Positions 30,909 to 43,978 of a stretch of 64,000 nt of DNA are shown here, piece after piece. Each line of letters begins with the position of its first letter. Within the stretch, counting starts at the first letter, position 1. The stretch is from Thecamonas trahens ATCC 50062. Taxonomy: Eukaryota; Protista; Apusomonadida. The notes under the pieces were generated by a model. It ran no database searches. It had not been told where the DNA came from and saw only the letters and a program-made list of their open reading frames with translations. The translations under genes were made by a program, and so were the position numbers. The stretch spans positions 67,185 through 131,184 of the forward strand of contig NW_013657609.1 of the NCBI RefSeq assembly GCF_000142905.1, written 5' to 3'.

Positions 30909-32518
30909 TACTTGCCGCGCGACCACAAACTGTGATGATCTATACACGTTGCCCAATGGCGGTGCGCTGGCGTGAGTCTTGCCCCCTCCAAATACGACCT
31001 TTTCCGTCCCTTTTTTTTCGGGTTGGCAGCCGGTATCTCTTGCCGGATGTATGTGTGGGGATGCCTCCTGTGTGGGGTATAACCATCGTATTACGTGCAA
31101 AATTAGAGCACACATAGGTTGGATGTATGTCTCTATGATGGCATGCTTGGAGCTTCCATGGTGTGGCTGTCACCCAAGGTAGACCGTGTTCTGTGGTGGT
31201 GGTGGGACATGCCAGGTGTGTGTGGGTGTGGGTGGCTGAAGGGGGGAAACAGGACGGGGGGGTGGTGGGGGTTGGCGAAGCTCCTGCGAGGGATAGGAAC
31301 ATAATGATGGGCAGAAAACAGGCACACATATACATTACATATATACACACATGTGCATACAATTAGCTATATGCTATTCATCATGTACACCACAGTAGGG
31401 CATGCCCAAGACTGGCTGGCTTTCGTGGCTGGTGGCTGGTGCTGCTGCGAAGGTGTGCGTTGGCCAAAATGTCCAATCATGGACGAACAGCTGCGAGGTG
31501 GGGAGGGTGGGGGGTTTCAAAACTCCCCATGTTCCCTGGGTGGGAGTTATGATCCAAATTCAATTCTATACTTTCTTCCAAANNNNNNNNNNNNNNNNNN
31601 NNNNNNNNNNNNNNNNNNNNNNNNNNNNNNNNNNNNNNNNNNNNNNNNNNNNNNNNNNNNNNNNNNNNNNNNNNNNNNNNNNNNNNNNNNNNNNNNNNNN
31701 NNNNNNNNNNNNNNNNNNNNNNNNNNNNNNNNNNNNNNNNNNNNNNNNNNNNNNNNNNNNNNNNNNNNNNNNNNNNNNNNNNNNNNNNNNNNNNNNNNNN
31801 NNNNNNNNNNNNNNNNNNNNNNNNNNNNNNNNNNNNNNNNNNNNNNNNNNNNNNNNNNNNNNNNNNNNNNNNNNNNNNNNNNNNNNNNNNNNNNNNNNNN
31901 NNNNNNNNNNNNNNNNNNNNNNNNNNNNNNNNNNNNNNNNNNNNNNNNNNNNNNNNNNNNNNNNNNNNNNNNNNNNNNNNNNNNNNNNNNNNNNNNNNNN
32001 NNNNNNNNNNNNNNNNNNNNNGGGGGAGGGGAGGGGGACAGCGTTGGCCGGTTCTTGGTTGGCCTTTGGCAGGCAATGATGATCCTTGCTGGTGGTTTGG
32101 AGAGATCGACTTGGTTGATTAGGGGGATGTGTATGCGTATGTATATGATGTGTGTATGTGTGTAAGTATCAGCATCAGCATATGGTTCTGTCATCATACC
32201 GTGGGTTGCTGTGGTAATGGCTGTTGTGGTCATGACTGTTGTGGTCATGGCTGTTGTGGTCGTGGCTGTTGTGGTCGTGGCTGCTGTGGTCGTGGCTGCT
32301 GTGGTCATGACTGTGAGTGATGCTGAGTATGCATCATTCGATCGTTGGCAGCCCATGAGTAGAGCGAGGGTGATCAAACTGGTCCCCCTCCCCTCCACCC
32401 CCCCTTCCCCCCTCCCCCCCCCTCCCCCTCCTCATACGGGTTAATCGAGTTGTGAACGTTGAACTAATCGATTGTTTGGCGGCCGCCGACCGGCAGCCAC
32501 TCGACGGGGCCGCCACTC

Positions 32519-32550
<32 letters not shown>

Positions 32551-32592
32551 CGGGGCACCACCGCACTCTGCCGAAACCGGACCCGGACGGAC

Positions 32593-35500
32593 ATGTCCAC
32601 CGGCACATCATCCTCCACACCGTCAACTCCAAGCTCAACCTTTACCATCCTCTACACCACCCACCTCACCCGCAAGCGCAAGGTCTTCCATGACGGCACC
32701 CTTGCCGTCCGCCCGGACACCTCCAAAGTACGACCTTTTTCATCCCCGAGGCCAACTACGACCTTTTTCCGCCGCCGTCACCACCAACCGGAGCCATTGC
32801 CCCCCCCCCCCCTCCCCCCCCCACCACACACACGACAAGCCTAACCCCTCTCCTCCTCCTCCTCCTCTCGCAGATGACCCTCAAGGACGAACAGGGCAAG
32901 GTGCTGGAGACGTTCTTCATCCCTACGGGCGTCATTGTCCAGCCGGGCGCCGAGATCCGCATGCAGAAGCACATTGTTCAAGTCGAAGATCTCGTCCGCC
33001 CTCACGGCGCGGCTCCTCCGCCTCCGCTGGCAAAGACAGCCCCAGCGGCGACAGAGTCGGGGAGGGCAAGCCCGGTGCTTTCCGCCCAGCCGCGGCGACG
33101 CTCACGCCTCGCTCGCCCACGCGCCTCACTCCACGCCGCGGCTCCCGCTCCCGTCGACCACAGTGGTGGGGCCGGCCGACAGAGCCCGGTCTCGGGAGCA
33201 GGGCCCGGCTCACCGCCGGGATCACCGAGATTGCTGGCGCCTCGGTCGCGGTCGAGGAACGAGCTGCTCTCACTGCTCTCGGGCGTGCCATCGCCGTCGC
33301 CAGGCCCTGCCGTTGCGGCTGTGGCTTCCGCGACAGGTGCGTCGACAACGCCCAGTCCTGCCGATCGACCAGCACCGGCTCCTGATCACACGCTTGCGCG
33401 TCCATTCAAGCGCCATCGCCCGCTGGTGTCGGCCACGGGGCGGGCGGCGAGTGGCGCGAGGAGCGCGCCGGCGGGCGGCGAGTGGATCTCGCGCCGGAAG
33501 CGCGCCGCGGTCTCGGCGGCGTGCAAGCTAACCATCCCGCACGCATCTCAGGTGGGCTGCGGAAGCGGGGGCGGGTCCGGGAGCTCATCGGGCGGGCAGG
33601 GGGGCGACGGGGCGGGCTCGGTGCGGTACACCGAGGTGGCAACCACCTTTAACTTGCCCGCCGACTACATCGCAGCCTTTCAGGCCGCCATCTACGAGGA
33701 GATCAACGCACAGCTCGCCCGCAAGATGGAGGACTACCACGGGCTCTCGAGGCGGATTGGAAGCTACCCACCGGCCATCACGGCCAAGACGGCCCAAGTT
33801 TCTGGAGCCGGCAAGGGTGCGCAGCCAAAGGCGCCACTGTGCGATTGCGCACCGGCGCGCAAGTCGCGCATGCTCGTCGTTCGCAAGGCCGGGCGCAACC
33901 AGGGCCGGGCGTTCTTCAAGTGCGCCGGCTCAAAGTGCGACTTTTTTGCATGGGTCGACGCCCTGCGGCCAGGCGGGGGCAGCTCCGGCGGGTACGATGC
34001 GAGCTCCGACGGGAGTGGCCAAGGGCCGCGTGGAAGCGACGCGTTTGCGGCGGCGCGGACTTGCACGCGCGCCCGCGAGCGAGTCCTTCGCAGCAACGAT
34101 GTGGCGTTCTACGGCTCAACGTCGCTGGTCAAAGAGGCCGGCGTCTCGCTCGGGCGCGCGTTTGTGGCTGGCTCGGCGTACCTTTTGCTCGAGCAGGCCG
34201 AGGCTGCGGCGGCGTTCTCCAAGGGCGATGTGTGGCTCATCTCGCGGTCGGGCGAGTTCCCGCCGGACGGCACCTACTTTGGTGTCTCCACCTTTTACTC
34301 GCCGTCGTCCGAGTCGCAGCTCGAGCTCCGGTTCGAGGGCTCGCAGCCACCGTTTGTTGGCCGCTCGCGGGTCTACGCCATCCGCGGGCCCAACGCTCAA
34401 TCGCTCTGGTCGATGCTCGAGGTGCTTGCGCAGCCCAAGTTGCGACACATGCCGATTTTGCCGGCCTTGCTGCAGCCTGCAGAGGCGCCTGCGCCTCCTG
34501 CGACGGCGGTATCGCGTGGCGGCGATAGCCTGTTTGTCCTCAAGCTCGAGCCGAGCGAGATCGCAGCGCTCATGCGCCGTTACGTCGATGAGTACTCACT
34601 CAACGCCGGCCAGGTCCAGGTCTTTGAGGCGGTGTTGGGAATGTTCGAGGCTGAGGATGACGATGGGGTGCGAAGCGCGGCGCTGCCCGGCCGGGCGGCG
34701 ACAGGCTGTAGCCTGGTCCTCGTGCACGGAGTCTTTGGCTCGGGCAAGTCGTTTACGCTCTCGGTCCTCATCATGTTTCTGGTGGAGCTCTTCGAGGCCG
34801 CACAAGTCTCACGCAAGCTTCGCATCCTCATCTCGGCGGCGACCAACGTGGCGGTCGACCGTGTGCTGGTGACGCTTCTGGAGCTCGGCTTTGAGTCGTT
34901 CTCGCGAGTCGGCTCTGTCCGCAAAATCGCCAAGCCCATCCTCCCGCACGTGTACCGGCTCAAGGCTGGCGCGTCGGCACGGTCGGACGCCGAATACGAG
35001 GCCGATCTCAAGTACATGCTGAAGACGGCCGAGAGCGGCGCCGAGCGGGCCCTCATTGCCGATGCGCTGGCGCAGTTCAAGTCGGGCGCGTCGTCGCGGG
35101 TGGCGGCCAAGCTCAAAACGGCGCCGGTCTTTGGCACGACCTGCCTGTCGGCGTTCAAGAAGGAGTTTGACGGCACGATGTTCCCGCTCATCTTTCTGGA
35201 CGAGGCCTCACAGATGCTCGAGCCGATGTCGCTGCTGCCGCTGTTCCGGGCACAGGGCGCCAAGCTGGTGTTGGTGGGCGATCCGAAGCAGCTGCCGCCG
35301 ACGCTGACGACCGAGGCCGCGTCGCCGGCGGCGCCCGGTCTCGGCCGCTCGCTCTTTGATCGGGCAGTTGCTGCCGGCGTCACTCCGGTCATGCTCAACA
35401 CACAGTACCGATGCCATCCGACCATTTCACGGATCTGCAACACTCTGTTCTACGGCTCGAGCCTTGCCGACGGCGTTACCGCTGACGACCGCGCCCGCCT

Positions 35501-36035
35501 CCACCCTGCACTCCCGACGCTCATGTTTGTTGATGTCTTTCGCGGGCGCGACCGGCTAGAGGGCAAGTCGTTCTCCAACAGCGAGGAGGTTGCTGTTGTC
35601 CTTGCCACCGTCCGTGATCTGGTGAGCGAGTTTGGCGTAGCGGCGGCAGACATTGGTGTCATCGCGCTGTACCGCGTCCAGGTCGAGCGGCTGAAGGCGG
35701 CGGCCAAGGCCGACGAGGCCGGTGCGTTCAGCGAGCTCCAGATCTCATCGGTCGACGCCTTCCAGGGTGCCGAGAAGCAGGTCATTGTGCTCTCGACCGT
35801 CTCGTCGTCGATGCGCTCATTCATCGAGTCGCCCAACAGGCTCAACGTCGCGCTCTCGCGCGCCCGCCACCACCTTATTGTTGTCGGCAATGGCGCCGCC
35901 CTCGCCCGCTCTTCGCTGTGGAACTACGTCCAGCAAGTGGCCATGGACTCTGACGCCGGCTTTGTCCGTGTTGGCGCTGTGGACACCTTTTCGCTGGCCC
36001 GTCACCTCAACGTGGCTGCTACCGGCGGCGAGTAA
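32593..36035 (+). CDS. ZGRF1: ZGRF1-like helicase (DUF2439 + GRF zinc finger + Upf1-like SF1 helicase); exons 32593-32727 and 32874-36035
   Basis: LYTTHLTRKRKVFHDGTL, CDC..GRNQGRAFFKC..CDFFAW, HGVFGSGKS, DEASQ, GDPKQLPP, QYRCHP, VDAFQGAEK, RLNVALSRAR; intron GTACGA..CTAAC..CAG. Confidence 0.92.
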
Positions 36036-36045
36036 AAGCTGCTCG

Positions 36046-39000
36046 TCAGCGCTGGGTCGCCGGACCAAACGACTCTACGCGCTCAAACGAGCCGCGCCTG
36101 CGTCGGCCGGAGCCGCGCGATCGCGGCGACGGCGGGCTCTGGCCGGCGACCTCGGTGTTGGCACGTGAGCGGCCGATCAGGTGCGAGCCGGAGCGGTACG
36201 TAGCAGCCCGCGGGTTGTCCGACACCACACGGGTACGCGAGGCGAAGCGGCGGCCGGGCGACGACGACCCAACCGAGACGTCGCGTGTGGGCGACGAGGC
36301 GACGAGCGGCGACTGGCGGGCACCGAGGCGGATGCGTCGCCGCCGCGCGAGGCGCCGCCGCTCGAGGCCGGTGCCCGACGGGTCCGAGTCGGCCTCACAC
36401 GCCGAGTCAAGCGAGGTGTTGAGCGAGGTGTCAAACTCGGAGACCGTGACTGAGCGGTTGAGCTCGAGCTTGCGGCGGGTTGGGCCGGAGTGGCGGTCGC
36501 GGAGCTCACGCGACGATGAGCCGCGGGCGAGCGGTGGCGACGACGGCGGTTCGACGGCGGCGGGAGGTGGCTCCGCCGGCTCGGTCGGGGTGAGTCGCGG
36601 CGGGAGGTATCGAGTTGTCGGCGAGACTCGCGAGCTGCGGCGGAAGAGCCGCGGCGACGGGGCTGAGCTGTTGAGTGCCTCGGCGTCCGACGACGAGAGC
36701 TCAATCTCGGAGAGATCGCCGAGCGAGGTGGATATGGCCGAGGCGGAGCGGTCGCGCGGGATGAACCGGGTCTTGGGCGAAGAGAGGACCGATAGCCGCG
36801 GGTTGCGCGGGGCGGCGAGAGAGTCGCGCATGGGTGGGGCATGTCCGGGCGACGACCGGGAGAGCTCGGTGGACGAGCCACCCGAGGTGGACGCGGCGAG
36901 GTTGGTCTCGATGCGCAAGCGGCTAGTGTCCAGAGGCACTGGCGGTTTGGCTGCGGCCTGGCGGTGGAGAGCCTTGCGGTTGCGAGTCGAAGCGGCGAGG
37001 AGGTTGCGCGGCGACAACTTGCCGCGGGCCGAAGTGGAGATGGGCGAGGTGGGCGTCTGTGGCGAGGGGGGCTCGGATGTGAGGGCAGCGCTCTCGCCTG
37101 AGAGCGAGAGGCGCGAGGAGCGGTCATCGGACTTTTGCAAGAGCTCGATGCCTTCGTTCGAGGGGGCACCGGCGTCGGACGCTTCTGCGGTGGCTGCGGA
37201 CTCTTCCGATGCGGTTAGCGGATAGTGCGGCGGGAGGACGGCGGGCGAGGAGATGGCGCCGGCGGCCTCGAGGCGGGCGCGCATCTTGCGGGCGAGCCGG
37301 CGGGCGGAAGCGTCGAGTTGAATGGCGGACGACTGGCGGGTGAGGTCGTGACCGGCGATCCGCTCCTCCTTTTGGGCGACGATGGAGAGGAAGAACGACT
37401 TGAGGGTAATGCGCTTTGTCTTGCGCTGGTAGCACAAGTAGATGATGCCGCCGAGGACGAGGGCGAGGGCGGCAAAGACAAAGGCCGAGAAGATGAGAGC
37501 AGAGACGGCGGAGCGGGCAGTCTGGGAGAGCGAGCCCGAGATGCGGTTGAGGACGATGAGAGTGAGTGAGACAAGGGTGAACACAACTTCCATGGCGTTC
37601 TTCCACGGCGAGGCAAACGGGCGTGAAACGATGACAGCGAGAAAGTAGACGGCGAGGGTGGTGAGCGAGGCGCCCAACTGGATGTTCGACAGGTGCATGA
37701 GAATCGAGTCGCATATCGCGAGGCTGGCGTAAGTTCCAAACTGGAGAAACTCGAACCAGTACGCGCCCTCCTTGAACTGCTCGTACCAGTAACCGTAGCG
37801 CGAGCGGAAGACCGGGTCGGACCACAGTCGGGCGGTGTTGCGCCGGACGCTGAAGAAGCCGATGAGCGGGTAACCGATGACGTAGGATAAGATCAGAGCG
37901 TACGAGACGATGGCGACGAGCAGGTGACTGCCTTGGTAGCAGACAGTAGACGGCTCGGCAACGAGGCGGAGTTTGTCGTCGCGACCGGGCAGACAGTAGC
38001 CGCCGCGGAGGACGTAGGTTGCGAGCGAGAGGTACATCATGGCGAGGAGGATGACAACGGTCCGGGTGAGGCGGTTGCGGTAGAAGCGGTGCGAGCCGGT
38101 GACGATTTTGGCAAAGGCAATGATGATGACGGCGGCGGCAATGGCAGAGGCGAGGAGGGCGGCGTTGGCCCAGAAGAGAACCGGAAAGACCGAGGAGACG
38201 ATGCAGCCCGGGCGGATGAATTCGGCGTCCATGGTGACGAGGGCAAAGACGGCGTAGACGGAGCGGAGCTCGGGCGAGAGGTGCTCTGTGTTCATCTTGG
38301 CGACGCCGCGGATCATCTGGACAGTGATGACGGCGCGCGAGATGGTGGAGAGGGTGCGGTCCTTGACAAAGACGGCGGCAACAATAAAGGCGCCATAAAA
38401 GACCGAGTTGGCGAGGATGAGGCCGGCAAAGATGCCGTCTGCGTTTGCGCCACACGAGACGCACTCTGTTCCGCGCAGAAAGTAGCCCTCTGCGCACTCG
38501 GCGCAGTAGTCACCCGTGTAGCCGCGGCCGCAAGCTGCGTTCTGCCCACCAAGACAGCGTGCGAGCGCCGGCTCTGGGCAGGGTTCGACCCAGCCGACGC
38601 GCTCGTTGGGCGTCCAGTAGCCGGGCAGCGGCCACATGCGGAAGCCGCCGGGACAGTACGCACCCTCGGGACAGGAGCGGCAGGCGATGCCGCGGCCAAA
38701 CGAGCCAGGCTGCGGACAGTCGTCGGTAAAGTACATGGTGCGGGCGAGGATCGACGATGCCGAGCGAATGTTGGTCACGTTGAGGGTCTGGTATCCCTCT
38801 GCGGCGTACGAGGGCGTGACGATGGCGAGAGTCGAAGAGTTGTAGTAGGTGAGGCGTGAGTCGGAGAAAGCGTAGTGCTCGCTGCCGAGGCGGACGGAGC
38901 AGCCGGGTTGAAAGTCTGACCCGAAGAGGGTGAGCGAGCAGCCGACGAGAGGGCAGATGGCGGGAGAGACGGCAAGTAGGCGCGGGTCTGAGAACTCGCC

Positions 39001-40882
39001 GGGCTCAGCACCAGAGCCTGTGCCCCACGAGCCGGTAAAGTCGGCAAAGACCAGCGAGGGGTCGGGCGGGAAGGAAGTGCCGTTTGCGGCAAGGAAGGAA
39101 GTGCCGATGACACGGACGGCGAGTGCGTCTAGGGGTGGACCGACAAACGAGGACGAAGCTCCTGTTGAGACGATGGAGATGCGGAGGGTCATGTAGCTGC
39201 CGGGATCGAGCCAGACAGCGATGTAGTCGCCGTCTGGCGGAGTGAGCGGCGGGTCAAAGGCGAGGAGGGCGTCGACAGCGGGGCGCGAGGCGATGGTCGA
39301 GCCAAAGCCTGCGCCGTTGGACGGGTACGAAAAGAAGAGGTCGACGGTGTCGCCGGCCGAGATGATGACGTCCTTGTCGTTGTCGTCGACGACGTGGCCG
39401 GCGACAATGACGGGTGGACGAATGGGGATCTCGCAGGTGGGGCCCTGCCAGCGCGGGGCACAGGCGCATGCCGGGAGGACGGCGTTGGTGAGGGGGCAGG
39501 TGCGAAAGGCGTAGAAACCCCCACGTGTGCCGATGGAGGCGGCGCCCATAACGATGGTGTCGCCACCGGCCGAGAGCTCATCAATGTACATCATGGCAGC
39601 GGAGGAGTGGGCGAGGAGAGGCGGGTTGCCCGGGGCGGCGACTGAGGCTGTGGGTGAAAAGATGCCCGGGGAGAGCTCGGAGAAGACTTCGAGGTGGGAT
39701 GTGGCCGAGCCAGTGGTGACAGCGGAGAGCATGCCGGAGGCGTCCTTGAACAAGTCGAGGGCAAAGCCGAAGCGGAACGGGTCGCCTGTGCCCGGGTTGG
39801 GTTAACCGCCTCACCGACAACGTTCCAAGAGCCGATGCCATCGTAGCGGAGAAAGACGATCTCGCCCTTGGCGTTGGAGAGTGTACCCGACTCAAAGGTA
39901 TTGGCAACGGCGAGGGTGTCGTCCATGGCGGCGATGCCGGCAAACTTTGACGACGAGCCGGCGAGGCTGAGCTCTGCGGGGGTGAGGATGCGGTGCTCAA
40001 CGTAGGAGATGCCGTCTGCGGCGTGGAAGATGGTGAGGATGTTGTGAGCAGAGTTGGTGATGGAAGAGCCGACATTATGGAGGGTGAAGAGCCAGTCCCC
40101 GGCAGCAGCCATGGCGTAGCCAAACGAGACCGGCTCGGTGTTTGGCCGACGTAGTTTGGCGCGAGGGTGTTGACGTGACCCCAGGCATCGGGACCACCTT
40201 GGTTGCGGGCAAAGACATCGATGGCGCCATAGGCTATCCTGGGCGGAGCCGGCGTACCGTCGTTTGTCAGAGGGATCTGAAAGAAGACGACGTCGCCATC
40301 GTGACGGATGCGAACCTTGGAGCCGATGATCTTGAGGCCGGTAGCAGACGTTGCGGTGAGGGTAGTGAGAAGACCCCAAGCATCAGTACCACCGACATGT
40401 CGACCAAAGACAAGAACTTGATCATTCGAAGGAGGAGCGAGGAGCTTATGAGCGTAAAAGGTAGCGACAGCGAGGACGTTGCCATTTTCAGCGAGAGAGA
40501 CAGAAGCACCAAAGTTACAATCAGCAGCGATGGCAGCACCTGCCGAGGGATGCCAGAGCATTTTGTGGAGGGCAAAGGAAGAATTTTCTTGACGATAATA
40601 AATGCGAACCACACCCGTTTGCATGCTCCCCAGCTCTGTTCCAGGACCACCCACGACGACCACATGACCATCACCAGAGACATCCGTAGAAATACCGAAC
40701 CGATCTTGGTCAGCATTGGTATGCCCTTGCGTATCATACAACCAGCTAGGATTGATCACATCAGGCGTGTCTGTGGGGAACTCCTCCGTCACCAACTCCA
40801 CCGCACCTCCACCGAGAGGAACAGCGACAAGGAGAAGGAGGAGGGTGACCAAGGTGAGGTGGGGGATGGGTATGGAAGACAT
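36046..40882 (-). CDS. Large surface protein: signal peptide, FG-GAP (integrin-alpha-type) propeller, EGF-like, IPT/TIG, Cys-rich repeats, multi-TM domain, Ser/Pro/Arg tail; 1-nt frameshifts at ~40143 and ~39798
   Basis: HLTLVTLLLLLVAV signal; DRFGISTDVSGDGHVVVVGGP, NFGASVSL, CACAPRWQGPTCE, PRLLAVSP..LTLFGSDF, CPEGAYCPGG, RYGYWYEQFKEGAYWFE. Three ORFs join by adding one A at each junction. Confidence 0.8.
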
Positions 40883-41153
40883 ATATGTGTGTGGTGTGTG
40901 TGTGTGTGTGTGTGTGTGCGGAGTGTGTGTGAGGGGTGGGGTTGTGGGATATGTGTGTGTGTGGGGGGGTGTAGGGGTATCTGTGTGGGTATGTGTGGTG
41001 GTGGTGGTGTGTGTGGTGGTGGTGGTGGGAGGGGGGGTGAGTGTAGTGTGTTGNNNNNNNNNNNNNNNNNNNNNNNNNNNNNNNNNNNNNNNNNNNNNNN
41101 NNNNNNNNNNNNNNNNNNNNNNNNNNNNNNNNNNNNNNNNNNNNNNNNNNNNN

Positions 41154-42561
41154 GGTAGTCGCGTGGGACGCACTTGCCGTGGCGGTTGTAGCCGGTGGGG
41201 CGGGCGTGGGTGAGGAGGCGGCCGAGGATAGGGACCTTGAAGATGAGAAAGTGGACGGAGAGGAGGCCGTAGAGGGTTTTGGTCCAGTAGATGGTCGACT
41301 TGAGGCGCCAGTTGGAAGAGAGACCCTCTGCGGCGATCGAGGTGCGGCGGTCGTGGTCGTCGAGGGCGGCCCAGACGATGACGGAGAAGCAGACGAGAAA
41401 GACGAAGGCATCGAGGATGACAAAGGCGCGCAAGCGGCCGCCGCGGCCAGCGTACCTTGGCTTGCCGCAGCACGAGCCGACGATGCGGCCTGGGCTGTGC
41501 GGATCGACGGCCGAGGCGTCGCCGGAGCGTGAGCCGTCATCGGACGACGGCGTGCCGTGGCGGGCGTGGAAGGCATAGACTTCGTCGGGCGAGAGGATGC
41601 CGTTGCCGTCGACGTCGTACTGGGCATGGGCCGAGGAGAGGACCTCCAGCGAGGTCCCGCCCTTCTTCTCGGACCGCGGGAGGAGGGCGGCGGCGAGCCA
41701 GACCATGACGACTTGCAAGAGAAAGAAGCCGGCCTCCCACAGCGGGAGGGTGGGCCCGGTCTTGGCGCACTCGTTGACGGCTGGAGAGTCTGGGCCGGTG
41801 GTGCAGAGGTAGTAGAGGACGGCACCGTAGCAGGCCGGGAACAGGCCACCGGTGATAAACTGGACGCCCTTGAAGGAGAGGATAAAGTCGACGAGCTGGA
41901 ACTCGTCCGAGTGGTCGATGGCGAGGAGGACGGCAAGATAGAAGGCCTGCGGGACGCCAAAGAGTGGAAATACAGAGGCGAGGGTGAGGAGGAGGAAGAG
42001 CGGGTTGCGGAGACGGCGCCAGAGCGATCGATCATAGGGTCGGAGTGTGTAGAGAAACCCAGCACGGAGCCAAGCGAGCGGACCCGGCCAACCACAGCAC
42101 GGCGGAGGACGACCATGATCAACAGGCACCTTTGCCACGGCCATCTTGTCCAGGACAGCGCCCATGACCTCGATCTTGACGTCTGGCCAGATGTCATCAA
42201 TGGTGGCATCGACAGCTCTCTGCACAGCAGCAGGCATGTACGGATCCTTGGCCCGGGCCTTGACGGCTTCCCCCGCAGCATCCAGAGCTCTAGAGACACG
42301 TGCCTCCAGCAGGAGTGCCACACGAGTCTTGATCCGAGCCAGAGCGTTGGCACGGAGCGCATGGACTTCATCCGACAGATCCGACAGCGAGTTGATGACT
42401 TCGTCCGGGAGTGAGCGGACGACCCGACGGCGGACGTTGCCCAAGAGACCGAGGGCTTTGCGGACATGAGGTGTGTGATGGGAGGAGGAGGAGGAGGAGG
42501 GGGAGGAGGAGGAGGAGGAGGAGGACGTGGTGGCGTGGGTCGTGCCCATGCCAAAGGGCAT
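41154..42561 (-). CDS. Uncharacterised multi-pass membrane protein with an EF-hand-like loop; 3' end runs into a gap
   Basis: Long ORF with strong codon bias, several TM helices, motifs KDPYMP, LYTLRPYDRS, DEFQLVDFILSFKG, THARPTGYN; loop DVDGNGILSPDE. Confidence 0.75.
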
Positions 42562-42818
42562 GATGATGGGAAGAGGGGTGGTGGTGGGAGAGGGAGGCGG
42601 GCGGGCGGGGGGAGGGACGGGGGGGGGGGAGTCGGGTGTATTAGGTGGGTGGATGTGGGTGTAAGGGGTGGGGGGAGGTGGTGGGCGGGCTGATGGTGGG
42701 CAGTGGTGGTGGGTAGGTAGGTAGACTGCGTGCGGGCGGACAGACTGTAGGTAGACTGCGTGCGGGCGGGCAGACTGCGGGCGGGCGGGCAGACTGCGTG
42801 CGGGCGCGGGTAGACGGG

Positions 42819-43421
42819 TCAGGCCGAAGACTCGAGGGCGCGGAGAGTGGCATCCCACGAGACAAACTTGAGCGAGAGCAGCCGCATGACCTCGTTGTAC
42901 TCTTGAAGCGTAGCCTGGGTCGCCGAGTCCAGCCCGGAGGCCTGCAGGGAGGCATCTAGATGAAGCTCCTCCAGCCGAGCGAGCTCTGGAGCATGACGCG
43001 GGAGATCGGCAATGTGCACCGAGTCCAGCACATGCTTGCTGCCAGCCAGCTCGTCCAAAGCCGACGAGAGCGAGTTGATGAACGGCTCTGCAGCCTCCAC
43101 AAGGGCGATCTTTGTCTCTGTCGCCAGCAGCCTTGCCGCCGGTGAGATTTTGAGCTTGTCCGGAGCACCTGGAGGACGATAGGCCGGAGCGAGAAGACCA
43201 GCAGCCTCAGCTGCTTCCGACTTGGCCACCACCTCTGCCAGCACCTCATGACCCACTCCCGCCACCATGTCGTCCACCTCGGCCGTCATCGATGCCACAG
43301 CATTGGTCAACGTATCCAGCATCGACGGAATGATACGGCCTTGTCCGTCGCGCGACTGGCCGCCCACCCGCGTCTCCAGCGCTGCGAGTCGGTCCACAAC
43401 CTCACGGCTACTCTCCTGCAT
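42819..43421 (-). CDS. DCTN3: Dynactin subunit 3 (p22/p24)
   Basis: RLAALETRV, VLDSVHI..P....LARL, LQEYNEVMRLLSLKFVSWDATL; 200 aa. Confidence 0.85.
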   Translation of the reverse strand: MQESSREVVDRLAALETRVGGQSRDGQGRIIPSMLDTLTNAVASMTAEVDDMVAGVGHEVLAEVVAKSEAAEAAGLLAPAYRPPGAPDKLKISPAARLLATETKIALVEAAEPFINSLSSALDELAGSKHVLDSVHIADLPRHAPELARLEELHLDASLQASGLDSATQATLQEYNEVMRLLSLKFVSWDATLRALESSA

Positions 43422-43627
43422 GGTGGTATACGTGTGTGTGTGTGTGTGAGGGGGGGGGGGTGGGAGTGGTGTGTGTGTGTGTGTATGGGGGGGTGTCAGG
43501 CAGGCGGGCGGACTGGCGCGACTTGGGGGTTTGGAGGCTGATCAGAATGTGATCAGAGTGCGATAGGCGATAGGCATGGTACGGAGGGATCGGGGTTGGG
43601 GTTGGGGTTGGGGTTGATGTTGTGTGT

Positions 43628-43676
<49 letters not shown>

Positions 43677-43796
43677 GTGTGTAGGAGGTGGTGGTGGTGG
43701 TCAGGCAGGCGGGCGGGCAGGGCAGGTGGGCGGACAGATAGGGAGGCAAGCAAGGTGAGCTGGCTCGGGTGAGGGTTCTGATCAGAGTAGGGAGCG

Positions 43797-43978
43797 TGGA
43801 CGATGGACCTGTTCATCAGATCAGTTTGGGCCACATGTACGTAACAGTCTCGGAGGCCTGCCTATGTGGCTCGGGCCAAGCCTAGTCGGATTCCAAGTCC
43901 TTTTGCGCCACAAGCAGCTGTCTGGTACCGCCTGGCGCCACTATGTAGCTGGGGCAAGATGGAGAGGCTCATCGTCCA
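43797..43978 (+). ncRNA. Candidate structured RNA or foldback element, family unassigned
   Basis: 43797-43817 pairs with 43958-43978 (19 of 21 pairs); inner helices are rich in plus-strand G-U pairs. Confidence 0.4.

Noticed and set aside
43592-43615. (GGGGTT)n as a telomeric repeat
   Set aside because: Only about four copies, internal, and embedded among other microsatellites.
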